Origin: Octopus sinensis
Lineage: Eukaryota
NCBI RefSeq assembly: GCF_006345805.1
Contig: NC_043017.1
Location: 15,252,001-15,316,000 of the forward strand
Direction: 5' to 3'
DNA length: 64,000 nucleotides
This document shows positions 1 to 13,768 of the stretch, piece by piece. The notes below the pieces were generated by a model. It was not told the origin of the DNA. It ran no database searches and was given only the letters and a program-made list of their open reading frames with translations. How positions within the stretch are numbered: the stretch's first letter is position 1; every line of letters begins with the position of its first letter. Position numbers and translations under genes: made by a program.

Positions 1-2935
1 CTCCTATAACATTCCTTCCTGATCTTCTCTTTCATGCTTGCATGCTGAATACCAGAGCCTTCATTTATCCCTAAATATTTGTATGTTTGTTCTTGCTCAA
101 GCTCTCTTATGACTGTGTCAACATCTAACACGACTGAATTTGTGGTCTTCACTTTCCCTTTCTGGAAAGTGGCCTTGGCACACTTCTCAAGTCCAAACTC
201 CATCCCGATGTCATCGCTGAATGCTTTCACAGTGCGCAATAGGCCTTCAAGTTCATTATTGTCTTTACCATAGAGTTTTAAGTCATCCATATAAAATAGA
301 TGGCTTATTTTTTTATTGGCAATTTTATACCCATACCCTGTTCTGTTTAATTCACTTGTAAGGGGCATTAGGGCTATGCAGAATATTAAAGGTGAAAGTG
401 AGTCACCTTGAACAATTCCACAGTTGATGTTTATATTTTCTGAGGCAAGTACTCCATTAGAGTGGTATAATTGGAGATTCGTATTCCACAACGACATATT
501 GTGCTTCAGGAAGTTTGAAATCACAGGGGAAATTTTGAAGATGTCCAGCGATCTCAAGATCCATGGATGCGGTATACTGTCGAAGGCCTTTTTATAGTCA
601 ATCCATGCGGAGCTGAGATTTCTGCGCTTGTTGTGACAGTTCTCAAGGATCATACGATTAATTAGCAGTTGATCTTTGCATCCGTAAGAGCCTCGGCGGC
701 ACCCTTTTTGTTCAATGGGGAAAATATCGTTCTTCTCCATGAATGCATATGTTTTCTCCGCCAGGATAGATGTTAGGATTTTATACGTGGTGGATAGACA
801 GGTTATAGGCCGATAGTTTTTTGGAAGGTTGGTTTCGTTATTCTTTGGGAGTAGGTAAGTAATACCACTTGCTAACCATTCAGGTGTTTTCTTTCGGTCT
901 CTCATAATTCCATTGAGCAGCTGAACTAACTTACCGTGTGCGCATGGGAGCGATGCAAGCCAGAAATTCGGCACCCTATCTTTACCGGGGGATTTCCAAT
1001 TATGGGCCTTCGTGAGTGCCTTTCTTAGGTCTGCTATTGTGATGTCTTCCCATGCTTGTTGTTGTAAATTTTGGTAGGATCCTTCAGTTTGTATAATCCA
1101 GTCTGCATTTATGTTGTACGTCTTCTTGTCACTCCAAATCCTTTTCCAAAAGTTTTGAACTTCTTCCATGGGAGGGGGGTCTTTAACGGTTACTTTCTCC
1201 TTCCCTATTTCTCTGTAGAATTTTTTGGCATTGGATGTGAACAGCTTATTTTGCTTGTAAAACTTGTTTCTCTTCTCAAATCTTCGTATTCTTCGAGCTT
1301 TTGCTTGGACTTTTTGCTTCAGCGTTTCTTTTATTGATATCAGTTCTTCTCTTGGTGAGGATCCAAATTTTCTCTTCATCTTTCTTCCTGTTCTGGATCT
1401 TACATCATTTCCACATATTAGTTCATTTAATATTGATATTTCCCCTCTCATAAATTCAATCTCTTTTTCAATTTTACTTCTCCAGGTTTGATTTCTTCCC
1501 AGGTTTGGTTTTCTTTGTTTTTTCGGGGGCATACAGCTGGTTTCAATTGCCCTAGCAGAAGCGTAAATAATTTCATTTAACTCAGTAAAATCAGGTTTTA
1601 ATTCTTGTATTATTTCATTTGTTACATAGTTGCCAATTTGGATCTGTTTTTTTTATTTTGGTTTGTATTTGAGAGTTTATGAAGTCGTTCTCTATCATTC
1701 ATACTTGTATGTCTTACAACTTCAAGCGTATTCAGGATTTTTTCTGCCTCATTTCTGCCATACACTCTCTGTGTTCTTCAGCAAATGCGAGATCTTCAGT
1801 TACTGTTGTTTTATCGTTTTCCTGGCTATCTTTAACAGATACAATATAATTTCTTGTATCTTCAGGCCTTTGCGTACTTTGGTCAGATGGCAGTCTTTCA
1901 ATTAAGCCTCGTGGCGGGCTATACTGTTCATCTGATTCTTCATTTCCTTTGTGTCATATTTATGTCATTTTCCGTTGCGTGCTTGATCGCGCTTATTTCA
2001 CTGTCTGTGAGTCAGTTATTTCTAAGGATATCCCTCCTCATATTTGCTAATTTGTTCTCGTCCAAATAGGGCCTACTTTCTTGATTCCGTGTTCTCCATA
2101 TACTGTAAGAGTTTGCGGTGTGTCTCTCTTGAGATGGCCTACCTAATGTATAGTAATAAGCGTATATTACTTCTTTATACTCTTCTCGGGTCCATTTGTT
2201 CCGCTTACATTTTTCTTTCTGTGGTGGTTGTGGTGGTGAACTTGGAGGGCTCGAGTTGGGGGATTTCCCGTTCAAGTGAGCGTCCATGTCCGTATTCGGA
2301 GAAGAGTTTGTGCCAGTTGATGACTTTTCGATCCCAGGCTGGCTCTTCCCTGGGGGACGCGCTTCCAGATTAACCATATGACAAGCGATTTGGTATACTG
2401 ATTTAGTTTTCCTTTTAGTTTCCAAAAACATTTTGGTGCTACGATAATGTTATCATTTTTGAGCTTTGATTGGCTCTTGGGGAGACGGCCATCATTGCTG
2501 TTACAATTATAATCGTACCATTATAGCAGCCGTAGTCGGCTTATTATTGTTATTATCATCACCATTATTATCACTATCATCATTATCACCACTATTACTA
2601 TCATCATTATCATCATCACCATCACCATCACCACCATCATCATCAATGATATTGTTTTATGTGTAGTCACAGCAGTATCTTATTATTGTTATTTTTGTTT
2701 TTTATCATTATCACCATCACAGTAGTGTCTGTCTGTCTCGTTGGCTGGCTGGCTGTCTTCAACGCTAGAATTCTTGCCTGTCAAATAATACTTTCATATT
2801 TGGTTAACATCTAAAGAGCCGAGGTGAGGTTTGTGTTGGCTGAACTCTTTGAGTGTGTGTGTAGATAGATAGATAGATTATCAGCACTATTACTATCATT
2901 ATTATCATCATCACCATCATCACCATCACCATCAG
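1..2935 (-). mobile_element. R4/Dong-like non-LTR retrotransposon, 5' part (N-terminus plus RT), truncated by the window start; inverted copy of 56070-59017
   Basis: Minus-strand translation gives KWTREEYKEVIYAYY (2012-2431 ORF), NYRPITCLST, WIDYKKAFD (~580-605), QGDSLSP (~390-411) and YMDDLK (~277-294); it aligns along its length to the plus-strand element at 56-59 kb. Confidence 0.92.
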
Positions 2936-3094
2936 TGATTTTTTTTTTTTAGGTCAAAAAAATTTTAAATGTTTACTACTATTAGCCTTAAGAAAAATTA
3001 AGGAAGGGCTTTTCTGTATTGTTTGTGAATAGAGAAGTTGTGTTCGACCATAGAGAATCTTAGCATCATTATTTTTTTTTCCATGTGCGTTTGT

Positions 3095-3845
<751 letters not shown>

Positions 3846-6001
3846 CACGTATGAAATGGTAAACCTTGCTCTTTAATCAATTCCATTTCCCAATGTAAAA
3901 CTTGGCCATTTTCATTTGACAAAAAACTTTTTCGAATTTCAACAGAAAATGATGAATAACCGTGGCGCTGCCGTCCCTTCGCAGAATTACAAGACAGAGT
4001 TGTATCGTTAATAACACTTTCACGACGACACATAAGATAACAATGTTTTATTTACAGCTATTCTGGTAAAAACTCTTCTGGAATATTTCAAACATAATTC
4101 TATTGAAGATCCAGAATAAATCTTCATTTGAAAATGATGGAAGAGTTTTAAACATAAAAAAAAATTCTTAGAAATGTTTTTTTCTTATTTACTTCTTGTT
4201 CGCATCCATTGTGGAACGACGAAGGCGACTGGTTTCTACTGTTCTTGTCGCTGTTGCTGTTTAGTCCCTTTCACCACCAAACAGAAGAACTGTGATTCAG
4301 TTGTCATCTGTTTAAAGGAATTCCACACATGACCATCCCCTCTTTGTTGTCAGCAATATAAGACATATTGCTCATTGTGTCTTATAATTTATAAAATGTT
4401 TGGCTGAGATTTGAATCAGAGTTTGCTGTTTTTTCTAGCAATTCAATCGACCACTTTGAGGCTACCGAGCATATTTACATGGCTGTTGTATAGCAGGGTC
4501 TAATTGGAATCATAAAAGAGCCTGAATATCCCATTACAGATATAAGGTTTCGCTGAAATTCGAACACCGCATGATAGTGAAACATTCATTAGTTTCACAG
4601 TGCTCCCACCGATGTTATGGCCGTTAAACGCTGCATTAATCGTGCTTATAACAGGAGGATCCAGCCGTGATCATCTTGTATTTTATCCAAGCAGCGAATA
4701 TCCAATATGCTCTTCGTTTAATCGGCATGCATATGTTGTATTTGGTTGTTATTTCTTGTAAATCAACCTATCACATCTCCCATTCACTTAGATGTGTCCT
4801 GTAGCTCTGCATGGCATCCCTGTATCTTTATTTGGACGGAATCACTGGAAAAGAATAAAAAACCCTCTCAGTTTTTACCTTGTTGTACTACCTGCCAGAA
4901 ATAACAGTCAATTCTTTAAACCACATCCTACAACAGTCTTCAGGAAGGTCACGTAGGACAATGTATTCCTGGACTCATTGAACAAAGGAAATAAACTGGA
5001 TGGACATGACTGGAATGACTGATTACCTGGGGAGCAAAAAACTTCAGCATTACAAAAACTACCCTAGATTGTCATTGTATACCTCGGCAGTTATGACGTA
5101 TCAGAGAATCGAACATGCGACCTTAACTTTACTCACCGAATGTTTGTCCCCAGGATACGATGCCTGCAAGCATAGTGTAGTTTTTGTCTTTCTGCACATC
5201 CTATTCATAAAGGGGGGGGGATGGAAGGATTATATACATGTGCGGGCACGTTCGCGTGCGCTCGTGTGTGTGTATGTGTGAGCGCGCAATAATTACGGCC
5301 TGTTGCTCCACAGACTCTTTTCCTATACAAGTTTCTCAGCAATGGCGTTTTGTACAGATAGAATGTTTTCTGGCTGGAGTTGACATCATTGAATGAAGAA
5401 AAAAAGTTGGAATATTTTTCTCAGAAAAATTTCATATTCAGAAATAAATTTTGAGTTGTATTGTAGATGAGTAAGCCTGAAGAGGGGGGAATCTTTATGG
5501 TTTCATTCACTTTCATATTAATAATGAATATTATCAATCAGAATCCTGTCGTGGATTTTATGTATGCTGTACCATGAATACGTTATTGAACTGGACAAAA
5601 GAAAAAATGGATGAGGCTGATATTCTTTCTATATTTCATTGAAATAATCGTATCCAGTTCCAAAAATATAAATTATCAAAAAATATACGAGGAAACGAAA
5701 CATACGAAGACTTAACTTTTCTACACTGAGCACAAGGCCCGAAATGTTGGGGGGAGGGAGCCAGTCAATTAGATCGCAACTGATTTATCAAGTCTGAAAG
5801 AATGAAACGAGTAACAAAAAAAAAAAGGAGCAAATAATTCAAGAGAAAATAATTCAGGAGGATATCGTTGACTTTTATAATCTAGTGTAACAATTTAATA
5901 ATGATTATAGCAGAATCAATAATATAGGTGATTGTAGTCCCACTCCCGAAAAAGAAAAACATTAAATAGCTGAAGGATTGAGATTAATCAAAGGGTTTAT
6001 T

Positions 6002-6303
6002 AAGTATGTCTACCAGCTGGAAATAACAGTCCAAACTCTTATTTAAATCGCCAAAATACACTGATAATAACCACAGAAATCAACCGTCCGAAGGCGAAGG
6101 GGATAAGACAATCTCCTAGCATAGATTCAAGTATTTGGACTCACGTGGACTGTTGTTTTCAGTAGGTAGACATACTTAGTATGAGAGATTGTTAGCCCGT
6201 TCGCCTTCGGACGGTTGATTTCTGTAGTTATTATCAGTGTATTTTGGTGATTTAGATAAGAGTTTTGACTGTTATTTCCAGCAGGTAGACATATTTAGTA
6301 TGT
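6002..6303. repeat. Fold-back element: ~110 bp inverted arms plus a ~37 bp internal direct repeat (period ~121 bp)
   Basis: 6002-6113 is the reverse complement of ~6184-6296 with scattered mismatches; 6146-6182 resembles 6267-6303. Confidence 0.85.
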
Positions 6304-6318
6304 CTTTTGATTAAGTTT

Positions 6319-6396
<78 letters not shown>

Positions 6397-7555
6397 CACA
6401 CACAGACACGCTTACAAACACACATACACAGACACATGCATTCAAACACAACCTAGGATAGGTAAAGTATATTGTTAAATTTCACAAACGAAGCTTGCTT
6501 ATTAAGGCTATTTAATTAAGCATCAGTTAGGAAACTAACAGGTGCATCCAGTAAAATGTCACTTATATCGGTTAATCTGAATAACCGAATTCATACAGAG
6601 TCCACTTGATGCAATCGAGCTGATCCATCAAACGCTTCAGGGTCTGTCGCTTGCCCTTCCTTTTATCTTAGTTTGCATTTGTGGTTATGATATACTGTTA
6701 TAAGCGCGTCAAGTAAGGAAAGGTTCAGATTATTTCAAATAAATTTGGGTCATATTTGACCTGTAGAAAGACCGTATTAACTGATATTCCCTTTTGGTAA
6801 TAAGGTGGTGAAGAACAGCAAAAGGTCATATCGAGGTGCCCGCTTTGGCCTAGTGGTGGATGCGTTTCTAACTTCTTGCACAGCGCCAGGACCGTGTACT
6901 GCAAGGGAGACAACCCTGGAATGAATTGAAAATGACTGTTGGTGTTTTAAAGCGTTGAATGCCGAAAGCGAGAAACGATCTCCACGGCAAATAGCTGTGA
7001 ATGCACCATTGTACGGGACAAGCATTTCCCAAACATATTTGAACTGAGATAAATGTTTGTCTAAATTGTGACAAAATATGTGGGGAGATATCTAGCCAAC
7101 ATTTTGGATCAATTTAATATGATAAATCCTTTTAAAAATCCAATTTCAATATATTTTAATAAAAATCATAAATTTATTGTCTATTTTGAACACCATATTT
7201 AATCAAAACCTATATCACTCGCTCTCCTCTCTCTCTCTCTCTCTTCATTTCTTTCTTTCTCTCGCTTTCCATATTACTCTTTCTCTTCTTCAATACGACC
7301 AGCTCCTTCTCTACTTCCTGTCTCTTTCTTTATACTTACATTCACTTATTTCTTACTTCCGTTCGCCCGCCAATCAATCTGTCAGAGATTTTCGCTGTCA
7401 TGACAACACTACTCCATCAATTACTATCCTAAGTAAAGCCTTAAAATATCATTATTGTTATTATTATTATTATCATCGTCGTCGTCGTCATCACCATCGT
7501 CATGAACATCATCGTTTTCATCGTCATCATCATCATCATCATTATTATTATTATT

Positions 7556-7604
<49 letters not shown>

Positions 7605-7625
7605 GCATCATCATCATCATCATCA

Positions 7626-7682
<57 letters not shown>

Positions 7683-7964
7683 TATTATATTATCATCATT
7701 ATTATCATTCAGCTATTTGACAAATAAAACACTGCCACACATTTCACCGTTTATTAACTTCACGGATTTTATTTTGAAATCTTTCAAGTGACATCTCAAT
7801 ATTTATATTTCCTAAAGAAATTTAAAACTTATTTCACTAATTTTTTGCCGTTTCCTTCCCATAATGCACCATTTTATTAGTGGTGATCTTACTTTTTCGT
7901 TAGAAAACAACGTCTGCAAAAAAAAAAAGATGCAGTAATACATACATAGATTACATAAGTACAT

Positions 7965-8127
7965 GAGTAGCAAGAAGTTTGCTTTCCACCCACATGGTCC
8001 CCAGTTCAGTTCCACTGCGAGGCACCTTGGGTAAGTGTCTTCTATAGCCTGGGCCGACCGAAGTCTTGTGAGTGGATTTGGTAAAGCGAAACTGAAAGAA
8101 GCTTGTCGTATAATATGTGTGTGTGCG

Positions 8128-8183
<56 letters not shown>

Positions 8184-8412
8184 AGTTGTGTGTGTGTGTG
8201 TGTTCTTTCTGTCTGTGTTTGTCCCCCACCATACTTGACAACCGGTCTTGATGCATATATGTTCTTGTTACGTAGCGGTTCGGCAAAACAGAATGATAGA
8301 TTAAGTAAAAGGCTTTAAAAATACAGGTATTGAGGTCGAGTCGTTCGACTAAAATACTTCTAGGCGGTGCTCCAGCATGACCGCAGTCGAATGACTGAAA
8401 CAAGTAAAAGAT
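7965..8412 (+). mobile_element. tRNA-derived SINE with an internal (TA)n/(GT)n tract and a CR1-like 3' tail
   Basis: B-box-like AGTTCAGTTCC, GGCACCTTGGGTAAGTGTC core, tail GGCGGTGCTCCAGCATGACCGCAGTCGAATGACTGAAACAAG; same family at 18760-18920 and 28745-28845. Confidence 0.8.
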
Positions 8413-8925
8413 AAACGACAAAAGATATATAAATGTACGAGATTTGATTAAAAGGGTTTCAGAAAGGATTGGCGGCTTATCAAAGTGAAGCATGCCAGAA
8501 TGAATAGTTTGACAGAAGAATAACGCATCTCATCAGACAGGTAAGTGTTCCATTGTCATGGTACGGAGTGAATCCATGAAGGGAAGTTCCCTGTTGTTTG
8601 GTTCTGCACAATTCCAATAGCATCCAAATGCATCTCAGAAGATGAGCGGAAACTTAAGCGTGGCATAAAATCGTTAAAAAAAATCATAATGGTTTATCTT
8701 GTGTTAGTGTAGTTGGGGTGGTTAAGGGTCTTTATTGTGACGTAGACATATTTACGTCACAATAAAGACGCTTCATGAAACAATTGTAGCAGTACAAAGT
8801 GACCCATGAGTTTTTTTTTTATTAGAGACATACATGCGCGCGCGTGTGTGTGTATATGTGTTCGTGTGTGTGTATGTATGTACTTGTGTGCATGCATGTA
8901 TGGATGTATACATGCATCCATGTGC

Positions 8926-8987
<62 letters not shown>

Positions 8988-9061
8988 GGTGCGTGTATGT
9001 GTGTATGTGTAAGCATGTGTGTGTACATGTATCCATGCATGCATGTGAGTATATATATATA

Positions 9062-12000
9062 TCCTACTGTCGTTCATCTGTCGTAGATCGTCAATGATGC
9101 CAGGGCACATGGTCCTGACATTCCAGGTCGCAAGACTGGTGACTGGGTATTTGTTTTTCCTTTGTTTGCTGGTGCAGGGTTTTCAGTTTGCTGGTGCAGG
9201 GTTTTCAGTCTGCTTTTCAGATTTTGTCCTAGCTCCAAGCACCCATCTACGACAGATGAACGACAGTAGGAAGACAGCAGTCATCAACACCGAATTGAAA
9301 AGGCTGAACATCGACATAGCGGCGCTGCAAGAGACCAGGCTCGCCGCAGACGGCATGCTACGGGAGAAGGACTACACCTTCTACTGGCAGGGGAGACCCG
9401 TCGAGGAGGCCCGCCAGCATGGCGTGGGGTTTGCCGTGAGGAACAGCTTGCTCCCCATGGCGATCCCTCCTTCAAATGGCTCAGAGCGCATCCTCACTCT
9501 TGGCCTTGCAACATCAAAGGGGAAGGTAAACATAATTAGTGCTTATGCCCTAACACTCCACTCTCCTCAGGAAATAAAAGACCGGTTCTATGAGGAGCTC
9601 GACGCCACCATCAGCCAGATACCAGGGTCGGAGCCCATCTTCCTTCTGGGCGACTTCAACGTAAGGGTGGGATTCGATCATGGGGCATGGCCAGATTGTC
9701 TTGGACGCTTTGGCGTGGGGAAGATGAATGAGAATGGCCAGAGACTGTTGGAGCTTTGCTCTTACCGGAAACTCTGCGTTACCAACACATTCTTCACGAC
9801 TAAGCCACAACACCAGGTCTCATGGAGGTACCCAAGGTCCGGACACTGGCACCAACTGGATATGGTCATCACCCGGCGAGCCCACCTCGGCAGTGTGCTT
9901 CTCACACGCAGCTACCATGGTGCTGACTGTGATACAGACCACTCTCTGGTGTGCAGCAGGGTCCGATTGGCCCCAAAGAAAATCCGCCGTCCCGTAGGGA
10001 AAAGCCGCCCACGCATCAACACCGCCAGGGCAACCAACCCCGACCTCCGCTCGGAATTCACCAACCGCATGGAGGAGGCCCTTAAAGATCACGCAGCCAC
10101 ATCCATCGAGGAGAGATGGCAGCTTATTCGCGACACCACTTGCAGAATAGCCATGCCATCCCTAGGAAAGAGGGAGCGGAGAAATCAAGACTGGTTTGAA
10201 GCTCACCTGCCTGAGATGGAGCCTGTCATTGCTGCCAAGAGGGAAGCACTGGTCAACTATAAGCGCGACCCATCAGAAAAGAACCTGGCTACTCTGAGAA
10301 CAGCCAGAAGCGACGCCCAGAGGACGGCCAGACGTTGCACCAACATCTACTGGCAGAACCTATGCCAGAACATCCAGTGCTGTGCTGACAGTGGTTACGT
10401 GAAAGGGATGTACGAGGGGATGAAGAAAGCATTCGGGCCCACTGTCAGCAAGGTTGCTCCACTGAAGTCCAGAGATGGCGAGGTCATCAAGCACCAAGCG
10501 AAGCAGATGGAGAGGTGGGTCGAGCATTACCAGAACCTCTACTCCACTGAGAATGTGGTCACCAGGTCTGCCCTCGCCGGCATTCCTGCTCTGCCTGTCA
10601 TGGAGGAGCTTGACCTGCCTCCAACAAAGGAAGAACTGAACAAAGCAATTGACTCACTCGCTCGGGGCAAGGCACCAGGGCAAGACGGCATCCCCGCAGA
10701 AGTGCGGGAAGCCAGCCCTTCTGGGCCATCTCCACGAGCTGCTCTGTCAGTGCTGGGAGGAGGGCTCTGTCCCTAAGGATATGCGTGACGCAAACATCAT
10801 CACACTGTATAAAAACAAAGGGGACAGAAGCGACTGTAATAATTACAGGGGCATATCACTGCTCAGCACTGTCGGTAAGGCATTTGCCAGGGTGGTCCTG
10901 AAGAGGTTGCAAATGCTTGCAGAGCGTGTGTACCCCGAGTCTCAGTCTGGCTTTAGGGCAGAGAGGTCTACAATCGACATGATCTTCTCACTCAGGCAGC
11001 TTCAAGAAAAGAGTCGAGAACAGAGACAGCCCCTATACGTGGCCTTCATCGACCTGGCTAAGGCGTTCGACCTGGCTAAGGCGTTCGACTCAGTCAGCAG
11101 GGAGGGGCTGTTTGCGCTCCTGGGTAGGATATGTTGCCCTCCCAGACTGCTGAAACTCATCACCTCCTTTCACGACGGTATGCAGGGAACAGTGCAGTTT
11201 GACGGATCGCCCTCGGAGTCGTTCCCCATCCAGAGTGGAGTGAAACAGGGTTCTGGCGCCGACGCTCTTCGGAATTTTCTTCTCCCTTGTCCTATCCTAT
11301 GCCTTCAGAACGTCCGACGACGGAGTGTTCCTCCACACCAGGGCTGATGGTGGATTGTTCAATCTTACGCGCCTCAGAGCTAAGACCAAAGTCCGTCAGG
11401 TGCTGATCAGAGAGATCCTCTTTACTGACGATGCCGCCCTAACATCACACAACCAGCCGGGTCTCCAGAGGCTGGTCAGCTCCCTGGCGGATGCCTGCCA
11501 AGAGTTCGACCTTACCATCGGCCTGAAAAAGACAGAGATCATGGGCCAGGACGTCGGAGGGGTCCCCAGCATCAGCGTCGGCGACCACAGCTTGCAGGTG
11601 GTGAACGAGTTCACTTACCTGGGATCGACGGTCTCCAGCAGCCTGTCCCTCGAGCCGGAGCTGAACAGACGGATTGGGAAGGCTGCTGCTGCCATGGCTA
11701 AGCTCTCCAGGAGAGTGTGGGAAAACAACATGCTCACAATAACCACCAAGATCGCAGTGTACCAGCGAGAGCTGGACAACATACACCCGGCAAGAATGCC
11801 GCCTCAGCGGCTTCCACATGCGGTGTCTTCGACGGATCCTTGGCATCTCCTGGAAGGACCGAGTACCAAACGGAGTCATCCTAGAACAGACTAATATGCC
11901 AAGCATGCATGCCCTCCTCGTGCGGAGACGACTGCGCTGGCTCGGACACGTCTGCCGCATGCAGGACGGTCGCATGCCTAAAGACATCTTGTACAGCGAA

Positions 12001-12383
12001 CTCACCACGGGATCCCGACCCAAGGGACGTCCACAGCTACGATACAGGGATGTGTGCAAGCGCGAGCTGAGGACTGCCAACATCTGTGTGGACACGTGGG
12101 AGGTAACAGCTGCTGACCGCTCTGCCTGGCGTCGGACAGTGAGGAAAGGCGTTTCCATGGCTGAGGAAAGGAGAGCACAGCTGTGGTTGGACAGGCGGGA
12201 CAGGAGGAGGACAACTGCAGCAAAACCCCACACGTACCCATCGATGTTCGTGTGCAGCAACTGTACCAGGGACTGCCACTCTAGAATTGGACTGTTCAGT
12301 CACAGCAGACGCTGCTCATCATCAAAGTAGGCCCCACCCTTGGCGCGACCCATTGTCTATCAAGACAGACGTGATAAAGAAGA
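9062..12383 (+). mobile_element. RTE-clade LINE, nearly complete, 5' end inverted (9062-9244), flanked by (TA)n
   Basis: APE motifs (IDIAALQETR, GVGFAV, GDFN, HQLD, TDHSLV), RT motifs (NYRGISLLS, FIDLAKAFD, GVKQG, FTDD), C-terminal CSNCTRDCHSRIGLFSH; (TA)n at 9050-9062 and 12384-12404. Confidence 0.93.
9245..12330 (+). pseudogene. RTE APE-RT polyprotein broken by frameshifts (ORF pieces 9094-10776, 10649-11347, 11325-11894, 11818-12330)
   Basis: Four overlapping ORFs in changing frames together spell one APE-RT-zinc-finger protein. Confidence 0.88.
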
Positions 12384-12560
12384 ATATATATATATATATA
12401 TATAAGTGAAAGAATGGAGTCGAACGACGATTTTAACAAAATTCCTTTATTCTCGACATATGTTTCGAAGTCTGTAGCTTCAACCGTGTTTTCTGACGTG
12501 AAATTGCTACCCGGGTATCGGTTAACCGAATTGTCCATACTAGGATAATTCATTCACCTA

Positions 12561-12633
<73 letters not shown>

Positions 12634-12737
12634 ATATATATAGGTGTATGTGTGTGTATTTGTATGCGTGTTTGTATGTGAGTGTGCGTGTATGTCGTCT
12701 TAACAACACAAAACATCTATAGTTAGGCAAAGAGACC

Positions 12738-12780
<43 letters not shown>

Positions 12781-13139
12781 AGACCATTGTTTGGTAAGGA
12801 TTCGGCGAAGGAATCCTTACTAAACGCATCGATTGCAGTGATTCGTTGAAGCTGCTCCAGCAGCACGTTACTCTGCAGTTTCCCCGTTCCTGCTTCCTCA
12901 GCCGAGTCAAAATTGCCCAGTTTCACCGATCTGAAGCAAAGGCTTTGTGGCGTGCACACTCCCGAGTAAGAAACCGCGGGATCAGTGAAATAAACAATAC
13001 TTACATATACACACCATGCTTATATATATATATATATATATTTTGAATTTGTTAGCACTGTTAGTTCGAGCAAATTTCCGGAAGTGATAAGAAGCCAAAA
13101 GGGTATGCTCCCGACTTTCAGTGTTCCCAAATCCGAATC

Positions 13140-13209
13140 AAGGAGTTCTGAGCTGACGAAGGAAATGTCGATTTGACTAATCTAGAAACGTACGTTCTCA
13201 AATAACCTT
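13140..13209 (+). ncRNA. Type I hammerhead ribozyme (array unit 1), predicted cleavage after GUU at 13196
   Basis: CTGACGA 13153-13159; helix II GGA/TCT plus GTC/GAC; GAAA 13185-13188; palindromic helix III ACGTACGT; helix I TCTGAG/CTCAAA (one mismatch), then a 3x3 loop and outer AAGG/CCTT. Confidence 0.75.
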
Positions 13210-13698
13210 TGCATTTGTGATTTTTTAATGTTTTTACCCCCATACCTTCGTGAGTTGACTTGAGCAAACACTATATGAGAGAGATTTTCTTTAAGTATTA
13301 GAAATAGTTTAAAATTTTTTTTTAGCTGCTATTTCTAATGAGTTCAGTATGTGGCAAAGTAATTTATTTTACTAAGCCCTTTTATATAATGTAATAATTT
13401 GAATTTGCCTTAAATGGTCCCTTTACATACTGAATACTTGGTGAAATTGATTAATAATTAATTAATTTTACCCTCAATTGTTGAAATTATAATTCATTTC
13501 TCTCTGTTTAATGCTTCGGTTTTTACCGATAAAACATAATGTTTGCCAATTTTAACCCACGCTGGTGGCAAGGGGAGAGCAGAAATTCTTCGCTTGCATA
13601 TTTTGAATTTGTTAGCACTGTTAGTTCGAGCAAATTTCCGGAAGTGATAAGAAGCCAAAAGGGTATGCTCCCACTTTCAGTGTTCCCAAATCCGAATC

Positions 13699-13768
13699 AA
13701 GGAGTTCTGAGCTGACGAAGGAAATGTCGATTTGACTAATCTAGAAACGTACGTTCTCAAATAACCTT
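13699..13768 (+). ncRNA. Type I hammerhead ribozyme (array unit 2)
   Basis: Same motif as unit 1; core CTGACGA at 13712-13718. Confidence 0.75.

Noticed and set aside
6560-7080. GC-richer island with several 60-80 aa ORFs
   Set aside because: No domain, splice structure or repeat match recognised in any frame.
9094-9244. N-terminus (MMPGHMVLTFQ...) of the 560 aa ORF
   Set aside because: This is the antisense reading of the inverted 5' segment; the true RTE sequence here is on the minus strand.
11445-12260. 271 aa antisense ORF within the RTE
   Set aside because: Shadow ORF of a GC-rich coding strand; no motifs.
12455-12466. Minus-strand GAAACATATGTC, a palindromic helix III with GUC
   Set aside because: No CUGANGA or helix I partner upstream; at most half of a decayed PLE-type motif.
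12923-12988. TCACCGAT-CTGAAGC...GAAACCGCGGG-ATCAGTGA hammerhead-like motif
   Set aside because: A9 and the UH cleavage dinucleotide are both mutated and helix II is not evident; not called as a ribozyme.
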